Below, in pieces: positions 28,868 through 37,023 of a DNA stretch of 41,305 nt (its first letter is position 1; each line of letters opens with the position of its first letter). Below the pieces are notes generated by a model. That model worked only from the letters and a program-made list of their open reading frames with translations, searched no databases and was not told the origin of the DNA. This DNA is from an uncultured Candidatus Micrarchaeota archaeon (GTDB lineage: Archaea > Micrarchaeota > Micrarchaeia > Anstonellales > Anstonellaceae). The stretch covers positions 1 through 41,305 of the forward strand of contig CAIXYX010000140.1 of assembly GCA_903923795.1 (NCBI GenBank), read 5' to 3'. A program made the translations under genes and the position numbers.

Positions 28868-28979
28868 CGCCCCGGCTGGGATTTGAACCCAGATCACAAA
28901 CTTTCGCCTGAATACCGCATAGGAAGCGGGGTTAAGCCATTCGGAGGCTTGTGTCCTATCCAGGTTGGACTACCAGGGC
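28868..28979 (-). tRNA. tRNA-Arg(CCG) with 38-nt intron at canonical 37/38 (intron 28903-28940)
   Basis: Acceptor GCCCTGG/CCGGGGC, D stem GTCC/GGAC, anticodon stem CAAGC/GTTTG, anticodon CCG at 28944-28942, T arm CTGGG TTCAAAT CCCAG. CCA not encoded. Confidence 0.92.
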
Positions 28980-29006
28980 ATTGGTGAACTTAATCATCGT
29001 CCTATA

Positions 29007-29014
29007 TTTATAAA
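29007..29014. promoter_or_regulatory. Palindromic TATA box TTTATAAA serving divergent RNA genes
   Basis: Lies about 28 nt from the tRNA-Arg 5' end and about 24 nt from the structured element at 29038. Confidence 0.7.
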
Positions 29015-29037
29015 TTGAAGATGGAAATAGAAATAGT

Positions 29038-29123
29038 AACCCGCAGGGGGAGGAAATCAGGAAGAACCTCAAACTGAAAGGAGGGGGACGTCTGAATAGC
29101 GAGTGTTCCCCCGCCTTGCGGTT
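29038..29123 (+). ncRNA. Putative structured RNA / tRNA-Cys leader of unknown family
   Basis: Closing helix CCGCAGGG/CCTTGCGG, internal GGGGGACG/TGTTCCCC stem, and GAGG/CCTC plus TCAG/CTGA pairings. Starts at the predicted TSS and ends 3 nt before tRNA-Cys. Confidence 0.5.
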
Positions 29124-29126
29124 CGG

Positions 29127-29197
29127 GCCAGGTTGGCAGAGAGGCTATGCATCCGCCTGCAGAGCGGATTAGGGGGGTTCGATTCCCTCACCTGGCT
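29127..29197 (+). tRNA. tRNA-Cys(GCA)
   Basis: GCCAGGT/ACCTGGC acceptor, TCCGC CT GCA GA GCGGA anticodon arm, GGGGG TTCGATT CCCTC T arm, U73; T-tract follows. Confidence 0.96.
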
Positions 29198-29303
29198 ACC
29201 GCCTTTTTTATGAATACCTGCTTTTTTTATAGATACATAAATTACAGTCGTGCCAAAAAACGCAAGTTGCTAAAAAACAAATTACACATAAAACGTCTCG
29301 AAT

Positions 29304-30254
29304 TTAGTTTCTCTCTTTCCTATCCCCTCTCTCGTCATATCTTTTGCGCAATTCCGCATCGCCTAAAATCGAATAAGCCGCATTGACGTGCCTCATCTGC
29401 TCCTCGGCAGATGGATTGTGAGAATTCACATCGGGGTGAAGCTTCTTTGCAAGAGTGTAATACGTGCGTTTTATCTCCTCGGCAGTTGCGGTTCTCTCCA
29501 GCCCGAGAATGTCATACAACTTGCGCTGGCGGGACATCTCCATGTGCTGCTCCCACACCTGATTAGCTTCTTCCTCACGATGAGGCGCGAATTTGAGGAA
29601 ATTCTCCAATGCCATCTTGGCATATTCTTTGTCGTGGTCTGACAATGCCTCGCGCATCTCCTCCATGGCTCGCTCAGCGAAGAGATGATAGGCTTCCGCT
29701 TTGCGGGAAGGCCCGTAGCGAAGAAGCTCGCTCAATGCCTTTATCTCGACAGGGCCTCCTCTGTTTTCGTTGATGAGTTTCTTGAGTTTCGACATGTAAT
29801 ACTGCGCGATGAGCTGATGAGCCTCGGGTTTGCGCTGCGGGGCGTAGAAAAGCACATTGGCCAATTCTTTTCCATAAGAGGCGATTCCGCTTGTCGAGAG
29901 TATGTCGCTCAATTCGCCCATGTGATAATCGGCGAACCACATGCTGGCCTCATCGATGCGCTCGGGGGCCAATTTCATCAGCATCTCGAGGCATTTCTTG
30001 GCTGACGGCAATTTGCCGGCCTCGAGGCGCGTCTCTATCTCCACCATCAGAAAGTCGGCCAAATGAGGACGGAGAGTCTCTTCGGCCTGAATTGGCTGGA
30101 TAAACTTTGCAGCTCCTGCGAAATCGTCTTTGGCCAATAAGAGGCCGAAAGCGCGGATGGATTCGCCGTCCGCTGCGCTGCGGGCGCCGCTGGCATGGCT
30201 TTCGGGCGTTTGGCCGGTTTTCTCGGGCGTTTGGTTTGTTTTTGAGTGTGGCAT
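29304..30254 (-). CDS. Helical-repeat protein with C-terminal DnaJ J-domain
   Basis: LYDILGL..EEIKRTY..LAKKLHPDVN..AYSILGD..RKRYD, preceded by four repeats of about 41 aa centred on (A/G)PxR..EA. Confidence 0.88.
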   Translation of the reverse strand: MPHSKTNQTPEKTGQTPESHASGARSAADGESIRAFGLLLAKDDFAGAAKFIQPIQAEETLRPHLADFLMVEIETRLEAGKLPSAKKCLEMLMKLAPERIDEASMWFADYHMGELSDILSTSGIASYGKELANVLFYAPQRKPEAHQLIAQYYMSKLKKLINENRGGPVEIKALSELLRYGPSRKAEAYHLFAERAMEEMREALSDHDKEYAKMALENFLKFAPHREEEANQVWEQHMEMSRQRKLYDILGLERTATAEEIKRTYYTLAKKLHPDVNSHNPSAEEQMRHVNAAYSILGDAELRKRYDERGDRKERN

Positions 30255-30379
30255 CTAATCCCTTTGATGCTTGAATTAGGCAGATTGCCCGTTTTAATAC
30301 CGCCATAGGCGGGTTCTGAGCGTTTGGATTGCGAGAAATGACCAATCGGCTTTTATTTGCGCAATACATCTCTCATCTT

Positions 30380-31606
30380 ATGGCGGGAATACGGATTCTG
30401 GCGTTGTTTTTGCTTCTCTTCGCGTCGATGGCATGCATAGAGCAGAAAACAAACGAAACGAATCAGAATGCGACCTCGGATTTATCGAATTCGACCCAGA
30501 GCTATTCGAATCTGTCGGATAATGCAACTGCCGCGCCTTATTTCCACCTCAACACCGTGCCCCCGCAGAGGATAAAAAATCTGGCGCGGGGAGTGAATGT
30601 GGCCAACTGGTTCTGGTATCCGGCATATAGCGATTCGGCGCATTTCGAAGAATATATGACAGACACAGAATTGGAATGGCTGAATGCACGGGGTTTCACT
30701 TTCATCAGATTGCCCGTGGACCCGAAACTGCTTTATTTGGAGGGCATGCCCGGAACGCCGAATGAGACGACTCTTGCACACATCAATAATGCCACAGCAA
30801 GAGTGCTTGCCCATAATCTCTCTATTGTCATAGAGCTGCACGAGAATGACTGGAGCCGTTTGGAGAATGACGCGGCATATGATGACGGATTGGTGAAATT
30901 GTGGGGCGCTATGGCGAAGAACTTGAGCCGTTTCGATTCGGACAAAGTTTTCTTCGAGCCGGTGAATGAGCCGCGTTATTACACAAATCCTCTCGCATGG
31001 TTTTCGCTGCAAGACAGATTTTTGAGCGCTATTCGCGCATCGGCGCCGAATAACACTATTTTCGCCACCGGGCCTATCATGTCATCAGTGCAGGGCACAA
31101 TGCTCAATGAGCCGGTCGATGATGGAAACATCATCTACACATTCCATTTCTATGACCCTGCCGCGTTCACCCATCAGGGCGCGGGATGGCTGCCGGGCGG
31201 ATTCGACCAGATAAAGAATTTGGCTTATCCATATGAGGAGGCGAATTGCGGGGAAGTGGCGGCCAACACCACCCCCGCGCTGGCAAAGGCTGCGGTGAAA
31301 CAGTATTGCGCGGATGAGTGGAATGCGACAGTTGTGCGCAAGAAGATTGGGGTGATTGCCGATTGGGCAAAAGAGAAGAATGTCACCTTGCTGGCCGGAG
31401 AATTCGGCACGTATGAAGTGGTGACTCCTCCGGCTTCGCGCGCTGCTTGGCTGAAAGATGCGAGGATGACATTTGATGAGAATAAAATCGGCTGGTGCGT
31501 GTGGAGCTATGACACGGGCTTTGGCATAGGGGCGAAATTAGGCGAGGATGGAGAAGTGCATGCAGATGAGGCGGCCATGGATGCGCTTGGCTTGGGGCAG
31601 AAGTAG
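30380..31606 (+). CDS. Secreted/lipid-anchored glycoside hydrolase family 5 (cellulase-like)
   Basis: Signal peptide with SMA|C; RGVN, FIRLPV, FEPVNEP (acid/base), TFHFYDP..FTHQGA.W, GEFG (nucleophile), GWCVWSY. Confidence 0.92.
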   Translation: MAGIRILALFLLLFASMACIEQKTNETNQNATSDLSNSTQSYSNLSDNATAAPYFHLNTVPPQRIKNLARGVNVANWFWYPAYSDSAHFEEYMTDTELEWLNARGFTFIRLPVDPKLLYLEGMPGTPNETTLAHINNATARVLAHNLSIVIELHENDWSRLENDAAYDDGLVKLWGAMAKNLSRFDSDKVFFEPVNEPRYYTNPLAWFSLQDRFLSAIRASAPNNTIFATGPIMSSVQGTMLNEPVDDGNIIYTFHFYDPAAFTHQGAGWLPGGFDQIKNLAYPYEEANCGEVAANTTPALAKAAVKQYCADEWNATVVRKKIGVIADWAKEKNVTLLAGEFGTYEVVTPPASRAAWLKDARMTFDENKIGWCVWSYDTGFGIGAKLGEDGEVHADEAAMDALGLGQK

Positions 31607-31636
31607 AAGCGGCGAGCGGAATTTGGCAAAATCAAT

Positions 31637-31774
31637 CTAATCTTTTTTCCAGCCGATGAGGCCCGTGCATTCGGGGCAAATCAAAAGAGTGCCGGCGGGC
31701 GTGTCAGATTCTTTGGGCTCAACTAACGCGCCGCAGCGGGGGCAATTCACTTTCTTGCTCGAGGGGTTTGTCAT
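31637..31774 (-). CDS. 45-aa CPxCG-type zinc-finger microprotein (not in ORF track)
   Basis: MTNPSSKKVNCPRCGALVEPKESDTPAGTLLICPECTGLIGWKKD*; GAGGT SD-like site 6 nt upstream; 20 nt after the GGR-family stop. Confidence 0.8.
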   Translation of the reverse strand: MTNPSSKKVNCPRCGALVEPKESDTPAGTLLICPECTGLIGWKKD

Positions 31775-31794
31775 AATATTACCTCAGCATTTTT

Positions 31795-33078
31795 TTATGG
31801 AAGCAATAATTTTAGATAAAACAGGGGGTCTTTCACCTGCTGTTTCGCCTCATCTGAACCGAGCATGTCGATTATCATCTGCCTGAACGCGGGCTTGCTC
31901 GCCGCTTTGCCTATGAACATGTTGAGCAAAAATCTGCTGCGCGAGGCCTGCTGCAAATTATAAGATGTTTTTATCTCGGGGCGGAGCTGGCTTTCCACGA
32001 GTGCGGAATAGGGAGCGAGTGATTGGGCGGAGAGCGGCTCTTCTCCCGACTCTTTGCCAAGAGCTTCATCGATCGTTTGCGCGGCGAATTGGCCGGAGGA
32101 GAGCGCATTGCCCACGCCCTCACCCGAGAATGGGTCGACAAGGGAGGCGGCATCGCCAACAAGCACCCATCCGTCTCCGAAATTTGTGCGGGCGTATGAG
32201 CCGTTGGGGATTATCCATGCGCCTATTTGGCCCTCCTGTTTCGCGTTCGCGAAACGGGCTGAGAGCATCGGGTGATTTGCGATGGCGTTGAGAAGAATCT
32301 TGTTCGGATGCTCTGGGCGCTTCTTTATGTCGGAGTTAAGGATGCCCAAGCCGACGTTGGCCGTGCCGTCGCCCATAGGAAAAACCCACAGATAGCCAGG
32401 CAGCACCTGGTCGATGAAGAAGAGCTCTATGTGGTCGGAGAGGCCGGCGACATCGCGCCAATAGCCGCGGACAGCCATGAATTGATGTTCGGGAGGGACG
32501 CCGGGCAAACCCAAAAGGCGGACAATGGCAGAACCTGCGCCGTCTGCGCCGATGACGACTCTGGAGCGGAAAGTGCGGGCTTTGCTGATAGGTGGAGCCG
32601 CTGTGGCTCGGTCGGCATCGCAGCCCGACACCCCGCACACGCGCCCGTTTGCATCGCGCTCGAGCGCCAGGACGGTGAAATTGTCCAAGAGAGTGATGTT
32701 GGGCTCGGATTTGGCGGCTGAATAGAGGATGGCATCTGTCGATTTGCGGCGCAGGCAGTAGCCTGCGCATTGCATGCCGTCGGCATTGGGGAATGGTACC
32801 ATCACTTGCTTGCCATTTGGCGAGACCATTTTGAGGCCGGTTATGACGCCGTGAGCGGGCGCCTCGAGCTTGTCGAGAAGATGCAGGCGGCGCAGCACGC
32901 CGATAGATTTGCCGGATACGGCGTCTCCACAGACCTTCTCGCGCGGGAATTTCGCCTTGTCGATGAGCAGCACATAATGGCCCGCTCGTGCCAAAAAGAG
33001 GGCTGCCGAGCAGCCGGCCGGGCCGGAGCCGACGACGATGGCGTCATAAAGAAGGTCTTTAGTGGGGGATGTGCTCAT
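31795..33078 (-). CDS. Geranylgeranyl reductase-family FAD-dependent oxidoreductase
   Basis: VVGSGPAG, FPREKVCGDA, IGADG..S, PGYLWVFP, ANVGLG, LVGDAA..VDPFSGEG. Confidence 0.9.
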   Translation of the reverse strand: MSTSPTKDLLYDAIVVGSGPAGCSAALFLARAGHYVLLIDKAKFPREKVCGDAVSGKSIGVLRRLHLLDKLEAPAHGVITGLKMVSPNGKQVMVPFPNADGMQCAGYCLRRKSTDAILYSAAKSEPNITLLDNFTVLALERDANGRVCGVSGCDADRATAAPPISKARTFRSRVVIGADGAGSAIVRLLGLPGVPPEHQFMAVRGYWRDVAGLSDHIELFFIDQVLPGYLWVFPMGDGTANVGLGILNSDIKKRPEHPNKILLNAIANHPMLSARFANAKQEGQIGAWIIPNGSYARTNFGDGWVLVGDAASLVDPFSGEGVGNALSSGQFAAQTIDEALGKESGEEPLSAQSLAPYSALVESQLRPEIKTSYNLQQASRSRFLLNMFIGKAASKPAFRQMIIDMLGSDEAKQQVKDPLFYLKLLLP

Positions 33079-33140
33079 GAAAACGACCAATAGAGATACG
33101 AAAGATAAGTATTAGAGGTTTATGGACGCAACGAAAATAT

Positions 33141-34310
33141 ATGCTGCAACGCGATATCCTGCTCATCGCCGCTTTAGCGCTCCTTTTGTTCAGCGCAAGC
33201 GCCAATGTGATGCAATGGATGGGGAACGGCGACCTGTCGAAAGATATGGCCACGCTCAATGACAGCTACAATTCCGACAGAGTCGCATGGTCGGCGCAGA
33301 GCCAGGATTTCTCGGCGCAGATAGCGCGGCTGAATTCGCATTCTGATGCGCTGCAGGCGCAGATAGACGGCCTGCGGGCGCAATTAACCACGCAGACTTC
33401 GCAGAGAGTGGCGGCCGAGAACGCGCTTGCGCAGGCGCAGTCTGACATAACGTCGCGCGAAGCCATGCTGGCCGCGCAGTCGGCACGGATGCAGAACCTG
33501 CTCGCCAATTTCACGAATTTGCAGAACGACATAAACGATTCGATGAAATGGTTTCGGGACAATTCCGTCATCAGGGCCGACATGAACACGAATCTGGATT
33601 ATATCGAACCCCGCGTCATCGAGGATTGCGTTGATGGGGGCGTGCTGAATCTGGCATGCGTGGACCACATCCTGCAGCAGAGGATGGCCACGATAAGGTA
33701 CCGCCACGATTCATCGTCGAATTCTAGCAACAGGTTCCAGTCATTGGCCGAGACTGCGGCGAGGGGGAGCGGGGACTGCAAGGACTATTCCCTGCTGCTA
33801 AAAGCCATACTCAACACCGTGAAGGAGAAGAATCCGGGCTTGCACATAAGCGCGTGGGAGCCGGGTGGCTTGGACTCGTATATCATATTTCCGAAAGCCA
33901 GCCTGAACCCGCTTGGAAAAGACACATATTGGTATATGCCAAATTCGCGCGGGGTTGATTTGGGGAGCTTGGATGACGTGCATGGATATGTGGTGTGCTA
34001 TGCCATCAATTCGAGCGAGGGGCATTGCACAGTGGCGCTGTCAGGGGTGGAGGTGAATGACAGCTCGCAGATTCCCCTCGCGATGAATGGGGCGGCGGTG
34101 TTCGAGCCGCAGGACGGGCAGTATTACGGGCGCATAGGCCATGAATTCTCATTGTGCACGGCTTCTCGGTGGTGGGACTGCAGCACCACGCCAAATGTCA
34201 TCATTTTGATAATCAGCGACAAGGATTTGTACAGGATAGAGAATGGCAAGTGGGTGGGCTACGGGGATTATGCGAAAGAGGTTGCGGATGTTTCTGCGGC
34301 GGGCGGATAG
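33141..34310 (+). CDS. Membrane-anchored/secreted coiled-coil protein with transglutaminase-like cysteine protease domain
   Basis: N-terminal hydrophobic helix, heptad coiled coil, then GDCKDYSLL (Cys), EGHC (His) and FEPQ (acidic residue). Confidence 0.78.
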   Translation: MLQRDILLIAALALLLFSASANVMQWMGNGDLSKDMATLNDSYNSDRVAWSAQSQDFSAQIARLNSHSDALQAQIDGLRAQLTTQTSQRVAAENALAQAQSDITSREAMLAAQSARMQNLLANFTNLQNDINDSMKWFRDNSVIRADMNTNLDYIEPRVIEDCVDGGVLNLACVDHILQQRMATIRYRHDSSSNSSNRFQSLAETAARGSGDCKDYSLLLKAILNTVKEKNPGLHISAWEPGGLDSYIIFPKASLNPLGKDTYWYMPNSRGVDLGSLDDVHGYVVCYAINSSEGHCTVALSGVEVNDSSQIPLAMNGAAVFEPQDGQYYGRIGHEFSLCTASRWWDCSTTPNVIILIISDKDLYRIENGKWVGYGDYAKEVADVSAAGG

Positions 34311-34386
34311 AGGGGATTTAAATTAACGAGGATGGATAACATATTGAAGATGATTTGCCTAAAACAAACGAATTGTGGTGATTTTG

Positions 34387-34521
34387 ATGAGAAAAGCAGG
34401 TTCAGCACGGCGCAATCTTTCGAGAAAAGGCGTGGCACGCGGCAAAGTGAAGGCGCGCAAGACAGTTGGCAAGGCGCAGTCCATGAGGGACAAGGGTAAA
34501 TGTTGTTGCGGCAAATGCTAG
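34387..34521 (+). CDS. 44-aa highly basic microprotein with C-terminal CCCGKC (not in ORF track)
   Basis: MRKAGSARRNLSRKGVARGKVKARKTVGKAQSMRDKGKCCCGKC*; GGTGA SD-like site, TTTAAA upstream, T-rich tract downstream. Confidence 0.7.
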   Translation: MRKAGSARRNLSRKGVARGKVKARKTVGKAQSMRDKGKCCCGKC

Positions 34522-34564
34522 ATGGAATTTTTCTTTATTTTTAATTTCTGATTTTATTTATCGC

Positions 34565-37000
34565 TCATTCGTTTTTCTCTGCTTCCAAACCTTTAGCGGC
34601 CAGCTTCTTCGCCTCCTCCTTGTCGAGGAACTTGTTGTTGTTGCCGCACTGCGGCGAGAAGATGCATCTTGGACAGCCTGATTCACACGGGCAGGCAGCA
34701 AGTCTGTCCGCCGACATCTGGATGCATTCGCCATATCTTGGCATCACCATTTTTGAGAGGCCCGAGCCGCCTTCGCTGCCCTCGTAATAGAAAATTCTGC
34801 CGTCTGGATATGAGATGCCGCCTATCTCGGCAGGGTCTGCGCCGCACAGGGCCGGCATCATTGCGATGGAAACATGCTCCAAGGCATGCAAACCGTCGGC
34901 GAAGAGTGCATTGCCTGCATTTGAGAATGACCAGTCTGTCCAAAAGGCGGAAGTGTCGAATTCGTGAATCAGAGGCTCATCTAATTCGTGGCGGGCGATG
35001 ACTTGGCTTGTGAAAGAATCCTTGAGCATGTAGCCGTAGACTTCGTTTGAGATGTGCACCGGCCCTCTTGCCATGGGCACTGCACCCCACTGACTTTCGC
35101 TTTCGGTGTCGAGGATGCTGGCAGTCTTTTTTCTTAGTGACTGGGTGAAATATGGCTCGTCGCCATGGATTCTTGTGACATGCGCGACTTGCTCATCCAA
35201 ATCGAGTGACTGCGAGCGGTAGCGCCTGCCGCCGATGAGATAGATGGCGCCGGGGTAGAGCTCTCCGATGGCAATGGACGCCTCGCGCTCGCCGACTTGC
35301 TTGCCGGTCTCTGCGTCTATTATCCGCACCCTCTTGCCTGCATTTCGCAAGGAGAGTGTCTGCGCTTTTCTTATGCCGGCGACGGTTGTGGAATAGCGGC
35401 CCGCCCATGTGCGGAGGAATTGCTCTTCGACGAGTTTGGCGCATAATGCCTTGTCTGATTCATTCAATTCAGCATCATCGAGAGGCGCGTCTCTTGCCGC
35501 CGAGAGGAGGTGCCACAGGCGCACATGTGGATTGTCGGGTTTCGCGTGGCAATTTTCGGCTTTGCCCAAGAGGTAGACGTTTGGATTCGAGGCATAATAT
35601 TGGTCAAGAGGATTGTCTCTTGCCACGAGAATCGCGTAGCTGTCCTGTCCTTTCCTTCCCACTCTTCCGATGCGCTGGCGAAGCCTTGTGACTGTGCCGG
35701 GGAAACCTGCCAAAATGGCGGCATCGGCATCGCCGACATCCATGCCCAACTCGAGCGCGCTTGTGGCAGCCAGAATTTTCGTGCGGCCCGAATGGAAAGA
35801 CGCCTCGAGGTCGCGGCGCTGGTCGGGGGGAAGGCCGGAGCGGTAGACTGCGAGAGGAAGATCCATCTTCTCGGCGATGAGGCCCAAACGCTCCACCATA
35901 TTGTGAGAATTGCCGAAGATGAGGGTTTTTTTCTCTAGCTCCTTGGCTAATTTGAGGCAGGTGGTGATGACGCTCTCCTCGGATTCGCTGATGACTGCAT
36001 GGTGTATGAGGCCTCTGGGGGCACCCGTGCCCTGCACCAGTTCGAAATGTTTTCTGCCCGTGAGAAGTTCGGCGAATTCGAGCGCGTTGCCGATTGTGGC
36101 GGAGGAGCAGATGAATTGGGTGTGCATTGCCGCAGGGTCAATGTCTATTTCTTCATCTGTTTTGATTTGCGCAGATTCTGACTTTGCGGCAGCCATTAGA
36201 GAGTCGGCTGTTTTGAAAGCTGAGAGAGGGGAGGATGAGATGGGGAGCGAGGAAGAAGTTGCGCCGAGCGAAGCATGGGCAGAATTCTCGTCCAAATCGA
36301 GCTCGAAAAGCCGGCGCTGAGATGGGTCGAACTTCGGTTTTTTTGAATTCTGCTTGTTATTTTTTTTCTCATCCGGCTCCTTGATTTTCACTTTTTTTGC
36401 CAATGCATGCGGGTTTGCTCGTATGTATTTGATGAGCCTCTGCAAACGCCACAGCACATTGGAGACGTGCGAGCCAAGAGTGCCCGAATAGGCGTGCATC
36501 TCGTCCACCACGACGTATTGAAGTCTTGAGAAAAACGGTTTCCACAAGCGCGAATTGAGCAGCATGAAATGGAGCATGTCAACATTGGTGATTATGACAT
36601 GGGGGAAATCGCCGCGTATTTTCGTGCGCTGGGCGGTGGGCGTGTCGCCGTCATAGACTGCGGAGCGCACGCCCAAGAGGTTGAATTCTCTTATCCTGTT
36701 CCACTGGTCGCGGGAGAGGGCTTTTGTCGGGAAGAGCAAGAGAGAGCACTTGCCCGCCATTGCGGCTTCGACAACCGGCACCATGTAGCATTCGGTCTTG
36801 CCGGCAGCGGTGGGGGCCATGAGGACGAGGTCTTTTCCTTGGCGGATTAATTGAATGGCTTTGGTTTGATGGTCATAGAATCGCGTTATGCCCCGGTTTC
36901 TTAGCACTTCGCGCAGATTCGGCCTCATCTCCAGTGAGTCGTCGTATTGAGGGGGGTGGGGAGGCTCCTCAATCCATTGGGGATGGTAGGACTCGAGCAT
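34565..37000 (-). CDS. SF2 DEAH-box helicase with C-terminal DUF1998/Zn domain (Hrq1/MrfA/SftH type)
   Basis: YDHQ, APTAAGKT, YDGDT, TNVDMLH, DEMH, SSAT, ATSALELGMDVG, QRIGRVGR, LHALEH, CPCESGCPRC..PQCGN. Confidence 0.93.
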   Translation of the reverse strand: MLESYHPQWIEEPPHPPQYDDSLEMRPNLREVLRNRGITRFYDHQTKAIQLIRQGKDLVLMAPTAAGKTECYMVPVVEAAMAGKCSLLLFPTKALSRDQWNRIREFNLLGVRSAVYDGDTPTAQRTKIRGDFPHVIITNVDMLHFMLLNSRLWKPFFSRLQYVVVDEMHAYSGTLGSHVSNVLWRLQRLIKYIRANPHALAKKVKIKEPDEKKNNKQNSKKPKFDPSQRRLFELDLDENSAHASLGATSSSLPISSSPLSAFKTADSLMAAAKSESAQIKTDEEIDIDPAAMHTQFICSSATIGNALEFAELLTGRKHFELVQGTGAPRGLIHHAVISESEESVITTCLKLAKELEKKTLIFGNSHNMVERLGLIAEKMDLPLAVYRSGLPPDQRRDLEASFHSGRTKILAATSALELGMDVGDADAAILAGFPGTVTRLRQRIGRVGRKGQDSYAILVARDNPLDQYYASNPNVYLLGKAENCHAKPDNPHVRLWHLLSAARDAPLDDAELNESDKALCAKLVEEQFLRTWAGRYSTTVAGIRKAQTLSLRNAGKRVRIIDAETGKQVGEREASIAIGELYPGAIYLIGGRRYRSQSLDLDEQVAHVTRIHGDEPYFTQSLRKKTASILDTESESQWGAVPMARGPVHISNEVYGYMLKDSFTSQVIARHELDEPLIHEFDTSAFWTDWSFSNAGNALFADGLHALEHVSIAMMPALCGADPAEIGGISYPDGRIFYYEGSEGGSGLSKMVMPRYGECIQMSADRLAACPCESGCPRCIFSPQCGNNNKFLDKEEAKKLAAKGLEAEKNE

Positions 37001-37023
37001 GAAGGGATTTTATGCGGAGAGGA

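Noticed and set aside
29038-29123. Firm 5S rRNA or H/ACA guide call
   Set aside because: About 87 nt is too short for 5S, helix II and the CCGAAC loop are not properly formed, and there is no 3' ACA box. Kept only as an unknown structured RNA.
28860-31620. Integrated element at the tRNA genes
   Set aside because: No integrase or transposase, and no duplicated tRNA 3' end (att site) seen in the window.
36120-36420. Intein in the helicase
   Set aside because: No Cys/Ser-start block, no His-Asn followed by Cys/Ser/Thr, no LAGLIDADG; the segment is low-complexity.
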